Positions 26,641 to 38,612 of a stretch of DNA of 64,000 bases are shown here, piece after piece. The notes under the pieces were generated by a model that ran no database searches, had not been told where the DNA came from, and saw nothing but the letters and a program-made list of their open reading frames with translations. A program made the translations under genes and the position numbers. The stretch is from Octopus vulgaris (lineage: Eukaryota): positions 12,586,001-12,650,000 of the forward strand of contig OX597816.1 of the NCBI GenBank assembly GCA_951406725.2. The letters run 5' to 3'. The number at the start of each line of letters is the position of its first letter. The stretch's first letter is position 1.

Positions 26641-27500
26641 AAGGCGGCCAGCTGGCAGAAACGTTAGCACGCCAGGCGATAATGCTTAGCGGTATTTCGT
26701 CTGCCTTTACGTTCTGAGTTCAAATTCCTCCGAGGTCGACTTTGCCTTTCATTCTTTCGGGGTCGACAAATTAAGTACCAGTTACGCACTGAGGTCGATA
26801 TAATCGACTTAATCCGTTTGTCTGTCCGCTCTGTGTTTAGCCCCTTGTGGGTAATAAAGAAATAGGTATTTCCTCTGCCTTTACGTTCTGAGTTCAAATT
26901 CCTCCGAGGTCGACTTTGCTTTTCATCCTTTCGGGGTCGATTAAATTAAGTACCAGTTACGCACTGAGGTCGATATAATCGACTTAATCCGTTTGTCTGT
27001 CCGCTCTGTGTTTAGCCCCTTGTGGGTAATAAAGAAATAGGTATTTCCTCTGACTTTACGTTCTGAGTTCAAATTCCGCTGACATCGACTTTGTCTCACT
27101 ATCGCTAAGACTATATTTCATTGGCTAATTCCGCTTAGGTCGACTTCGCCTTTCATCCTTTCGGGGTTCATAAATTAGGTACCAGTTGCGTACTGGGGTC
27201 GTTCTAATCGACTGGCGCCCTTCCCCAAAATTCTAGGTCTTGTGCCTAGAGTAGAAAAGAATAATTTTATCGTTTCAAAGTGGCAAGCTGGCAGAAACGT
27301 TAGCATGTCGGATAAAGTGCTTAGTGGTATTTCGTCTGTCTTTACGTTCTGAGTTCAAATTCCGCGGAGTTCGGCTTTGCATTGCAACCTTTCGGGGTCG
27401 ATAAATTAAGTAGCACTTGCGTACTGGTGTCGATCTAATGGAGTGGCTCCCTCCCACAAAATGTTCGGGCCTTGTGACTTGCGTAAAGGTAAAAAGAATA
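26641..27500 (+). mobile_element. Tandem array of SINE family A units
   Basis: Full head at 26641, truncated repeats from 26865 and 27040, further units near 27128 and 27277. Confidence 0.88.
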
Positions 27501-27775
27501 TTTTTATCGTTTCGTTTTGTAATTTTTTGTAGCTCCATTTGTCCTCAACAAGTTTTGTTTATCGGTTTTGAAATTCGAATAAATTTTCAGACATATGACG
27601 ATAGAATGCCAAATATGTAAAAACGAACGAATTCCAGTGAGAACCAAAGAGCATTGCTTTAATACTGAAATAGCAGTATAAGTAACATGCACCTTATAGC
27701 TTATGTGACAAACAATGATACTGTATTTACATTATTTACATTTGACGGATATTTGTCCTCATCTTGTTTGTTGTT

Positions 27776-27821
27776 AACACAACGTTTCGGCTGATATATC
27801 CTCCAGCCTTCTTCGGGTGTC
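27776..27821 (-). ncRNA. Minimal type I hammerhead ribozyme (U4C core variant)
   Basis: gacac-CCGAAGA-a-GGCTG-gaggatatat-CAGCC-GAAA-cGTT-gtgtt; stems I and II intact, palindromic ACGT stem III. Confidence 0.75.
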
Positions 27822-27914
27822 TTGGGGAAATTTCGAACCTGGGTTCTCATTTCTAAGGTATTTTTTGATGTTATTATTATTATCATTATTATAATTATTA
27901 TTATTATTATTATT

Positions 27915-27947
<33 letters not shown>

Positions 27948-28493
27948 CAGTGCATGCCATCAAAGTGACACTGGGGTAAAATATACGAAGCCCAGTGTAC
28001 CCATCATGACTACCCGTCTGATAAGGGTACACTAGGCACATGCATCACAACCATATGTGCGCGATACGGTGATCTCATATCAAGATAAACAGCACATAAC
28101 CTTGCAGGTGGGGCCGAGTTACAATTTACTTCTGGTCGAGTAACGCATCCCGCTCAAAAGGTCCCTGAATAAGGGTTTTTTAAGGATGTTGAATGGAGCA
28201 CCCATGTTTCCTGAGGTGAATTATCCAAACCTTAAAGAATCCCTCTCAACACGTGGTTATGATGATCCCCCACTACTTCTGTTCATGATCAGAGATGCAC
28301 ATATCGTCAGCCACTAAGGGACATGCTCAACTGGTTAAGGTCAAGCAACTGACAAGCAAATCTGTGGTACTGAGCAGAATATTTGCTGTAGCCCATCTTT
28401 TATACCAAGACAAAACCAATGTACATGATAACAGGTCCAATCAGTTAAGATCAAAAGCCATGAGAGCCACTGCCTGGTACTGCATCAGGGCAT
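27915..28493 (-). mobile_element. Family D, full length, with expanded (CT)n near its 3' end
   Basis: Reverse complement of family D; (AAT)n on both flanks. Confidence 0.88.
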
Positions 28494-29659
28494 TTATTAT
28501 TATCATTATTATTATTATTATTACTACTATTATTTAGGTGACTGCCTGCAGTCGAACTCGGAATTTAGGGATTAGTAGCCAGCGCTCTTATCCACTACGC
28601 CATATGCCCTCTATATGTATATCTTCAGATTTCAGATGCGTCAGTTTCTATCAAAATCCGAAAACACTCTATGAAATCCACTCACAAGGCTTTGGTCAGT
28701 CTGAAGCCATAATAGAAAACAGTTGCGCAAGGTGTTATGCAGTGGGACTGAACCCATGACGTGGTTGGGAAATATACTTCGTACCACACTACCACACCTG
28801 CGCCTATGGATATCTTCCAATTAAATGTGTGGACTAAACAGAACAGGAGGAGACAGGCGGGATGGAGAGTCGTTGAAGAGGTAACAGGATGTGGGACAGA
28901 CAAAGGACACTAAAATAAGAACAATAATATATCTGAAGTGAAGAACGAATATACAGTGCGTGTGTTTATTTGGTAAAAAAAAAAAACAAAGAAAAAAATG
29001 ACTATCCCGAAATATAACAATAAATATATATTCCAATTTATAAATCAAATATCGTCAGTTTTCAAGAACAGCTGTTGACAAAATTGTGATAAAAATCAGA
29101 GTGTAGGGTAAGAATATATTATCTGCAATTAACAATGGACAGATCTGATGGCAGAGCAGATTCAGTGAAACAACAGTTTTGATCAGGTTCCGTTAATTTT
29201 CTTTCTTACAGTTATTGATAAACTCTTTAGAATAATGGATAATGGATAATGTTATTTTTGATTTCGTTTTTTTGTTTTTAATTACGAGATCACAATAAAA
29301 ATATTTGATTAATTTGAAACCATCTCTGCTGGCCAAAGAGCTAATTATATTAGTCAGTTTTGCTGAGAGTAATAAAATTGTTTTGTTATATTAAGTGTCA
29401 TAATATTATTGGAAACAATTGTGGATGGCACTGAATAAAGATATTTTTAAATTGAAATAAAATTTGACGTTTTTGTTTCTTTCCTTTTTTATTATCATTT
29501 ATATCATCAGACGGATCTGAAAGCAATTATGAGAATGTTATATGTTGTATAAATATGTGAAGAAAATGTCACAAATGAGTTTGATCGTTCAAACAAATTT
29601 GTAAAACTTTCTTTTCAAAATCTTATGCACTTCCTTACTTCTTGTAATGAAGAATTTTT

Positions 29660-30077
29660 GGATCTTTTTTGTTTGAACGGCAGTTTTTTCATAGCGGTGT
29701 CATATGAAATTTTCACCCATAATTATGACCCTAGTATCGATCTATTGCATTTCAATCTGTTTTAGGGTTAGGGTTAGGGGTGGGGGAAGGATATCTTTTT
29801 TTCTTCAGAAATGTAAATAAGCCCAGTCTGTTTCTTAAACAAGGGACATATTCATACGGCACATAATGTATTCATCTCAATAGACGTCATTGACTAGTTG
29901 AAATTGCAGAAACTGAATAAAAAACAACAACAAATATCTTACAAACTATACAATTTTCTCAATAAAGCCAAGAGAAAAAGATGTTTTATAAACACATTCT
30001 ACCAGTATACGAAGCTTCAAATTTTTTAGTTACGTGGAAATTATTTAAAAAAACTGCCGTTCAAACCGAAAAGATCC
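29660..30077. mobile_element. MITE with ~27-bp GGATC TIRs and internal (TTAGGG)3
   Basis: ggatctttttt.gtttgaacggcagttt / aaactgccgttcaaaccgaaaagatcc; homologous to 34480-34892 in the opposite orientation. Confidence 0.9.
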
Positions 30078-30742
30078 AAACTTTCTTTTCAAAATCTATT
30101 GTACTTCCTTACTTCTTGTAATGAAGAATTTTTTTTTTATTAGAATGTGGATGGAATGTTTTTAGTCAAAAAATTAATCTGAATCATTATCTTATGCATT
30201 TACTCCTGTTTAATTATATGACTGATACATATCAACACATTTCCGATGGACACTAACGCCATAATGGCAGTTTAACATGCTTGTGAACTTTGCTTTTTTT
30301 TATTTTCATAATCACAGTGTAGTCTGAAGTTTGTCTTTACTAAAACTTCTAAGTAGGAAAGAATCTAAAAAATCCATTTGGCTGATTAACATGAACTCTA
30401 AAAGATACTTTAAATTTCATCAGTTTATCGTGTTGCATTGGAGCAGCATCTGTCAAAGGTGATTTTAATTCCATTTAATTCTTCACTCATGCTATTTGTT
30501 TTATCAAGTATAATTGTCACGATTTCAGCACCTCTATGAATATATTCACAATTAAAAACTTGTACATAATGACTGTGATATTACACATAATGGTCTTGTT
30601 AACATTTGCATCAGAAACATTTATTTGATTTAAAAGAAAGCAAAATTGCTGGGTCTCAGTTATTTAGGAAACTGATTTACACCAACTGTTTGAATCGGTG
30701 TTCACTTCAATCTGTTTCTTATCTCACGAAATTACTGATTTA

Positions 30743-31132
30743 TTCTTTTACTCTTTTACTTGTTTCAGTCATTTGACTGCAGCCATGATGGAGCACCACC
30801 TTTAGTTGAGCAAATCGACCCCCAGGATTTCTTTGTAAGCCTAGTACTTATTCTATCGGTCACTTTTGCCGAACCGCTAAGTTACGGGGACGTAAAGACA
30901 CCAGCATCGGTTGTCAAGCTATGTTGGGGGTGGGGACAAACACGGACACACAAACACGCATATATATACATGTACATATATATGACGGGCTTCTTTCAGT
31001 TTCCGTCTGTCAAATCCACTCACAAGGCTTTGGTCGGCCCGAGGCTATAGTAGAAGGTGCTACGCAGTGGGACTGAATCCAGAACCATGTGGTTCGTAAG
31101 CACGCTACTTACCACACAGCCACTCCTACGCC
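30743..31132 (-). mobile_element. SINE family B (tRNA-like head, central microsatellite, LINE-like ctccagcatggccgcagtc tail)
   Basis: Reverse complement of the copy at 36579-36990. Confidence 0.88.
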
Positions 31133-31354
31133 TATGTGAATAACACGTCCTTTAAATCTGATTAATAATATTCAGCTATCAGGCTATCAGTAAGTTATCC
31201 TCCTTGTATCCAGGGATCAGCGGCTCATCTTGCTAATCTCTCCAGTTCTAATTGGCTTATCATTAGCATTTCATTAGTCCCAGGCCCTTCCATGAGGATT
31301 GGCTGATGTGACCATCTGTGGTTTCATTGACACTGTGTTATGGCATGTCAAATA

Positions 31355-32615
31355 TTAGGTCGTCAAGTATGAAATTTATAGTAAAGTATATGGTAAATTT
31401 TGATAGCTGCTCATTTTGCGTCATTATTATATTGTGACACTTTATTTTTTGTTAGAAAGCTGATACATCTATTTCTTTATTCTAACTCATTTTGCACTTT
31501 ATAAAGTATTTATAAATCGTTTTTTGCTATTTTTGTTTATAGATGGATATGTAAGAAATTCGTACAGTTTTGAAAGATGAGTTCTTTCTTGCATCACAAA
31601 CAGCTCGGAATATTCATAGATTATTTCATTCTAACGTTATCACACAGAAGATAGTATCAAATTGCTTTGCAAAATTTCGTTCTGGTAAGTTTGACCTCAC
31701 AAATGAGCAACGCGGTTGACCAGAAACAAAGGTGGATAATGACCAACTGAAAGCCACCGTCGAGTCAGATTCATCTCAAAGTGCTCGTGAATTATCGTTG
31801 TTGTTTGGTGTTAGCAAGCAAAAAATATTGACTCACCTACTTGAAATCGGTAAAATGAAAACGTTGGAGAAGTGGGTTCCACATGAACTCAATTAAAATC
31901 AGAAACAGCAACATTTGGAAGCCTGCATTATCCTACTTTTTCGTCATAAAAATGAATCATTTTTGAATCGAATTGTAACATGTGATGAGAAATGGATCCA
32001 ATACAACAACCGCAAATGTTCAGCACAATGGTTGAACAAAGACGACCCACCAAAATACAGTCCAAAAAGCAAAATTCATCAAAAGAAACTGATGGTGTGT
32101 GTTTGGTGGTCTGGCGCAGGTATGATTCATTATAATTTCATTAAACCTGGCTCATCAATCACGGCCAGCTGGACCAAATGATGTAAAAACTTACAAAAAA
32201 ACCCAGCCTAGATTAGTCAACAGATCCACTCCTATTTTATTGCAAGACAACGCCAGACGACACATCGCAAAAGTGACATTGGCGAAACTACAGAAGATGG
32301 AGTTGGAAGTTCTCCATCATCTACCATACTCCCCTGATCTTGCCCCCACTGACTACCACTTCTTCCAGAATTTGGATAACTTTTTGATAGGAAAAAATTT
32401 AATTCCGACTATTTTATAAAACAGGCCTTCCAAGATTTTATTACTCTAGATTGCAAGGATTTTACAGTTCCGTGCTGAACAATCTACCACTGAAATGGCA
32501 AATGTGTATTGACAATATGGATGCATACTTTCATGAACAAAACTATTCCTTGTATTTAAAAAAACATTAGCAAACTTTGTTTTCTTTTCTACAAATTTCA
32601 TACTTGATGACCTAA
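31355..32615 (+). mobile_element. Full-length (1261 bp) degenerate mariner transposon, D,D34D type
   Basis: TIR ttaggtcgtcaagtatgaaattt / aaatttcatacttgatgacctaa with TA TSDs; transposase pseudogene ~31542-32540 with KWVPHEL, IVTCDEKW, LLQDNAR, YSPDLAPTDYHFF, stops and frameshifts. Confidence 0.95.
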
Positions 32616-33077
32616 TACTTCACGGCTACGTCCATTTGGTTCTTCTGCAAATTCTGCTGTTACAGGTTTTGTGTACTTTGGGATAGACATTTCCACCTTC
32701 ATGGATTTTAGATGGTCAATCAAACGAAGAACCAGGATGTGGTGAGTGCCAGACACTGCAGCATCGGTGAAGCCATACATTGGTTTGATACAATTGCGGG
32801 AGTCAAATAGGATCCTGGCCAACCTATGAAATGAAGCTACTCACCACGAAATATTGTCATTCTTCTTGCATTCTACACGATATTATTAAAATATTCAAGA
32901 AAATATTTTTATGTCATTTAATCAGGTTTTTCATTTTATATGCCTTACAGAACATCAAACCGTCTTCGGATGATATCAGTAGCTTTTTTTTCGTTTACGT
33001 AGAAAAAGAAACGCGGTGAGTGAATCTCCACCAACGCGGTGAGTGAATCATAATGAAATGCAACCAATCTCGAGAGA

Positions 33078-33113
<36 letters not shown>

Positions 33114-34479
33114 GAGAGAGAGAGAACAAAGAAGAAGAGGAAGACTTTTCCACAAACCCTTTATCTCATAACGCAGGCCTTATGTATAATCAAAGTGACA
33201 CAGTCTGGGATAAGCTGTTTTTTTTTATCTGAAGGAATATATATATCACCCGACACACTTATTCCTAGTTAAACCAATATCAACTCCGACTACAAACCAT
33301 AATCAAATCAAAATCACTTGTTCAATATTCCGTGAGGTGAAATGAAAACTGGAGTTCGTGATTACGAAGCAAACTTCTTCACTATTCGAACTCGGTCATG
33401 TCTGCATCCAGAGCGTTTTAATAAACTTCACATGTACGTCATTTTATAAATAAATGACAATGCATAGGAGTAAAAATGGGAACACCGCTGCTATAGCTAC
33501 CTATTATTAAAAGTCAAGAACATTGTAAACTTGTTAAGACGCCGTTAGCTATTCACTACAATTTCATTTTACTGACGTTTAACGGAATATATCAGGATTC
33601 TTTATTACTTGGCTTTTCATTATCTGAAAGTTATTTTAAGTTAAATGCAATTATTACTCAGATTATTTCTAAAATCTATTTTAAGCCAACAAACCGTATT
33701 TCGACCTGGCATACGGACATCTTTCTGTAGTGGACAACTTCACCAATAGAAACGAGATTCTTTGTAATTTCAACAGCAACATCTAAAGAAAAAATCATTT
33801 ATAAGAAATTGGGTGCGGTATATTGTTCTTTTAGTTTCTAATTCTTCGAATGACTTCTCTTAGATCAATAGTTCAGAGGAGTGTATCGAAGTATTCGATC
33901 AAAGTTGGAAAACCTTTTTATTAGTTCGTAAACATTACACAGTTTCTTTTTCTATCTTAAAGAAACCAAAAGAATGATAAAAATACTGATATTAGATACG
34001 ATAATGGTTGTAGCAATAACCGGCGAACTATTTTGCTTGAGCTACCAGCTAATATATCTATGTTCACCGTTTCATTTGTTGCTACACTTTAATCTTAATT
34101 TCCTTGAGTGAAAACAGATGGAACACTCTTTCGAGAGACAATATTTTCCCTTTGCTTTTGCACCAACTTTCAACTTGCCAGTAATGTATCAAGTCCTAGG
34201 TCGGTTATCTGATTTCCATGGCTTCTTTCACAACTGAGTGAACTGGAGCAATGCTCTAGAACACAACGCAGTTCCCAGTTTGAGAATCGAAACATGACCT
34301 TACGTGGAAACCCTAATCACACGGCTACACACCAGCACAACTCTACACTTGAAATATGTTAAATATAATATTCTTGCCATTTTCTGGTAATTTGCGGGTT
34401 TTTTCACGCTGTGCTGAATGACAAGACTTCTGTCAACTTCGGACTTCAGAATATTTTGCGGGGCAATTGTAACAACACT

Positions 34480-34892
34480 GGTTCTTTTCGGTTTGAACGG
34501 CAGTTTTTAACATAATTTCTAGGTAATTAAAAATTTTAAACTTCGTATACTGGTAGAATGTGTTTATAAAGCATCTTTTTCTCTTGCCTTTATTGAGAAA
34601 ATTCTATAGTTTGTAAGATATTTGTTGTTTTTTCTTCAATTTCTGCAATTTCAACCAATCAGTGACGTCTATTGAGTTAAAAATCATTCTGTGCCGTATG
34701 AATATGTCCCTCATTTAAGAAACAGATTGGGTTTATTTACATTTGTGAAGAAAAAAATATACCCTTCCCCCACCCCTAACCCTAACCCTAAAAGAGATTG
34801 AAATGTAATAGATCGATTCTAGGGTCATAATTATGGGTGAAAATTTCATATGACACCGCTAGAAAAAACTGCCGTTCAAACCGAAAAGATCC
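34480..34892. mobile_element. GGATC-TIR MITE with (CCCTAA)n, 8-bp TSD (Merlin-like)
   Basis: TIRs as at 29660; flanks acaacact / acagcact. Confidence 0.9.
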
Positions 34893-36578
34893 ACAGCACT
34901 TCTTCCATCTTTTGCTACTCACATGGTATTCAGAAGATTCTGTTTCCATTTAATCAGAATAATGTTAGAAATATTCTTTACCAAGCACGTAATAGTGGGA
35001 GCAACAATGGCATTTGTCAAAATATATCTCACCTGTTTCAGGAATTTTGTTTTTGTTACTAAATGAAGTAAATTGCTTTCCATAATAACCTATATCTATC
35101 ATTGTAATGTAAAGGTGTTAAAAACAAGCAACGCTGAGCATTCACATGATTTTAAGGACATTTCAGATTTTCCACCTGCTACATACATGGCAGATTAATT
35201 TCCGCTAAAGTAAATCTTTATTTTAAACATCAAAATCATACCCCGAACACCGGATTATCTGTCAGGGTATAAAACAACCGCCAGACATTATTATCTTCAC
35301 GGAGGCCCTGAGCGTATTTTACAGCGTGGGAGTCAGATATTAGCTATTTAAAAGCAAACAGAAACGGTTAACATTATTACTTAGGCATTTAATAACAAAT
35401 AATAAATATTTAACGGTAAAATTAACAGTTTTGCGTGATTGTGAATCAGCGTTTTTCACGCTGTTTTAATTTCAAACGCAGTCTAAGATCAAATTGCTCT
35501 CCAAGCAAATAAATATACGAAATTTATAAATACATTTTCAGGTTAACTGCACACAGGAAAGAGGATTTCAACTTGGGTTATCAAGTAATGAAACACATTT
35601 TATTTTCCTTTTACTGCGCCTCAGGTTAATGGAAAATTGTTAATTCAAAATGTTGCTTACTTGAAGGAAGACATTAGCAATACAGATTGAATTTCTTTTA
35701 CCGATCGTAAAGTGCCGTGAGTCTCTGTAAATGCAATGAACGACATATCTTTTATCCACTATATAAATATTTTTATAACATACTCAACTGTTATTCTATC
35801 TTGACACATCATATAAGATTGCTTCACTGAAGAATTCCTGTTGGGGATCTCAATGTCCAAGAATTTAATTCCTTTATGCCTTCTACATTTTCTTTATGTT
35901 TTATCAACCATTACCATGCCGTAGATAAAATCTGTCGCACGGTAGAATGCTAACGTTATATTTATCTTAGCTTTTTACGTTTTTAGTTCACACTCCGCCG
36001 AGATCGACTTTACATTTCATCCTCCTGGAGTCGATAAAAGAAATACCAGTTATAATTGACTACCCTGCTTCCCAGAAAATTTTAGGCCTTGTGCCTATAG
36101 TAGAAATGATAGAAAGGATTATTATAATAATGAACACCGAAAGTTGACCTGATGTAGAGAAAACATGTCATTGATGAGGCGACGGAAAGCGACAGAATAC
36201 GACGGAAGGCGACGGAAAGCGACGAAAGGACTATAACAAACATAGCTGACTGATTTATTGATTGACTGAACGATTGCTTAAACAATCGGTCAGTTAAATA
36301 GCTAAGTAGTTTACTAATTAACAAAACATAAAGACGAATGCATATGTTTTAATTGGCATAATGAGCCTCAAGAGATACAACGACATTACTATTTTTCTTT
36401 GTTCGGGAAAATTGGTAATCGCGTTCTAATAAGTTTTAAAGACATTGAAACTAGTTAGGGCAATGTTCTTCCTCGTGTTATTGGTGGGGAAAAAAAAACA
36501 AGCTTCTTATAACAGGGAGACTAAAATTTTACTTAGTGAAACAAATCTCCTTTAGTTTATCTTACACATACATATATA

Positions 36579-36990
36579 GGCGCAGGAGTGGCTGTGTAGT
36601 AAGTAGCTTGCTTACCAACCACATGGTTCCTGGTTCAGTCTCACTGCGTGGTACCTTGGGCAAGTGTCTTCTACTATAGCGTCGGGCCGACCAAAGACTT
36701 ATGAGTGGATATGGTAGACGGAAACCGAAAGAAGCCCGTCGTATATATGTATATATATATATATATATATGTATGTGCGTGTATATGTTTGTATGTCTGT
36801 GTTCGTCCCCACAACATCGCTTGACAACCGATGGTGGTGTATTTACATCTCCGTAACTTGGCGGTTCGGCAAAAGAGACCGATAGAATAAGTACTAGGCT
36901 TACAAAGAATAAGTCCTGGGGTCGATTTGCTCGACTAAAGTCAGTGCTCCAGCATGGCCGCAGTCAAATGACTGAAACAAGTAAAAGAGT
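36579..36990 (+). mobile_element. SINE family B, full length
   Basis: ggcgcaggagtggctgtgtagtaag head, ggttcagtc B-box-like, ccttgggcaagtg CORE-like motif, tail gactgaaacaagtaaaagag. Confidence 0.9.
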
Positions 36991-37618
36991 ATGCGGCTAA
37001 TGCCATGAAGTACTAATGTTATTTCAATAATTGTTGTCACTAATTGTACAGCTGCGCACATTCAGGCAGACCACCGGATGTGTTTTACTGCTGAATTTGT
37101 TCTAAGCGCTGTATAGTGTTTCAATTAACTAATTAATGAACTCATTATATACATTCTAAGCCGAAATGGAACCGGCGAAGCATTTGCATGGTTTTATACA
37201 TCTAGACTGATTTAATCTTCGTTTAGTGTATAATTTTATGGCAGGACACATTTTTATTGTAGAGTTTCACATAAACGGAGACAACGAGTGTGCATATAAG
37301 CAAGGAGAGAACCAACCTGAAATATTCAGAACCATTAGTGTTCGGTATTGAGAAATTGTCTTTACTTATTTGGCAGTTATTAATGTTCCTACCAAATTTG
37401 TATTAAGCTAATTATAATGAATAAAATCCTAAGCGAGCAGATACTTTTTCAGGCTTCAATAAATTTGTCTCTATAACTTTTTAATGCACAATTCTGACAC
37501 TAAATTATAAACTAGTTTATCAGTTTAATGTCAGACTTGTTCGAAATGCCTTTAGTACCAAATCTTTTAGGTTTACTGTTACAGGATACTTTTGAAATGG
37601 TAATATTAGTACGACGTG

Positions 37619-38015
37619 AAGCGGTGAGCTGGCAGAAACGTTAGCACACCGGACGAAATGCGTAGACGTATTTCGTCTGCCGTTACGTTCTGAGTTCAAA
37701 TTCCACCGAGGTCGACCTTGCTTTTCATCCTTTCGAGGTCGATAAATTAAGTACCAGTTACGCACTGGAGTCGATATAATCGACTTAATCTGTTTGTCTG
37801 TCCTTGTTTGTCCTCTCTGTGTTTAGCCTCTTGTGGGTAGTAAAGAAATAGGTATTTCGTCTACCGTTACGTTCTGATTTCTAATTCCGCCGATGTTGAC
37901 TTTGCCTTTCATCCTTTCGGGGTCGATAAATTAAGTACCATTTGCGTACTGGGATCGATCTAATCGACTGGCCCCCTCCTCCAAAATTTCGGGCCTTGTG
38001 CCGAGATTAGAAAAG
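37619..38015 (+). mobile_element. SINE family A dimer
   Basis: Second unit starts ggtatttcgtct at 37851, directly after aaagaaata. Confidence 0.88.
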
Positions 38016-38216
38016 TATATTAGTACAATGTAAAGCGGCAAACTGGCACAGTCATTGGGACACTGGGCACAATGTTCAGCGGTATTTCGTCTGTCTTCAC
38101 GTCCCGAGCTCAAATTCCGTCGAGATCGACTTAGTCTTTCACCTTTCCGCGGTGATAAAATAAGTAACTTTTGAGTACTAGCGGGTGGAGGAGCCAATGT
38201 AATCAACTCCTTCTTT

Positions 38217-38612
38217 CAGTTCTATATTTAAGAGATGAGGAATTATGTACATTATTTACATTTCACGGATATTTGTCCTCATCTTGTTTGTTATTCAGGT
38301 CACTGCCTACGAGCAAATAGCGTAGTGGTTAAGAGCGCGGGCTACTAAACCCAAGATTCCAAGTTCGATTACAGGCAGTGACCTGAATAAGTGGTTAAGA
38401 GCGCGGGCTACTAAACTCAAGATGCCAAGTTCGATTACAGGCAGTGATCTGGATAATAATAATAATAATAATAACATCGAAAAATACCTTAGGAATGAGA
38501 ACACCAGGTTCGAAATTTCCCCAAGACACCTGATGAAGGATGGAGGGTATATTAGCCGAAACGTTGTGCTTACATGATGAGGACAAATATCCGTCAGATG
38601 TAAATAATGAAA
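38217..38612 (+). mobile_element. tRNA-HHR element with inverted 5' segment and ~17-bp TSD
   Basis: Inverted tail 38217-38308, tRNA head 38311-38385, duplicated head 38391-38451, (AAT)n, HHR tail; TSD gtaatcaac(t)ccttcttt at 38199-38216 and 38613-38629. Confidence 0.85.
38525..38569 (+). ncRNA. Minimal type I hammerhead ribozyme motif
   Basis: gacac-CTGATGA-a-ggatg-gagggtatat-tagcc-GAAA-cGTT-gtgc; canonical core, one stem II mismatch. Confidence 0.75.

Larger units (their letters stand above)
27721..28610 (-). mobile_element. tRNA-head/(AAT)n/hammerhead-tail element interrupted by family D
   Basis: Head 28610-28536 (A box tggcgtagtgg, B box gagttcgact), (AAT)n split by the D insertion, tail 27870-27721 with HHR. 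Confidence 0.8.

Noticed and set aside
26641-27500. Regularly spaced repeats resembling a CRISPR array
   Set aside because: Units are ~175-bp SINE copies without unique spacers, in eukaryotic DNA with no cas genes.
28295-28537. Repeated ORF MHISSATKGHAQLVKVKQ (also 14197-14379)
   Set aside because: Short antisense reading of family D that runs into the microsatellite; no evidence of coding function.
36178-36232. Degenerate gcgacggaaa 10-mer tandem repeat
   Set aside because: Short local minisatellite with no further context.
38311-38385. Possible tRNA gene
   Set aside because: A and B boxes are present, but there is no complete acceptor stem; it is a retroposon head.
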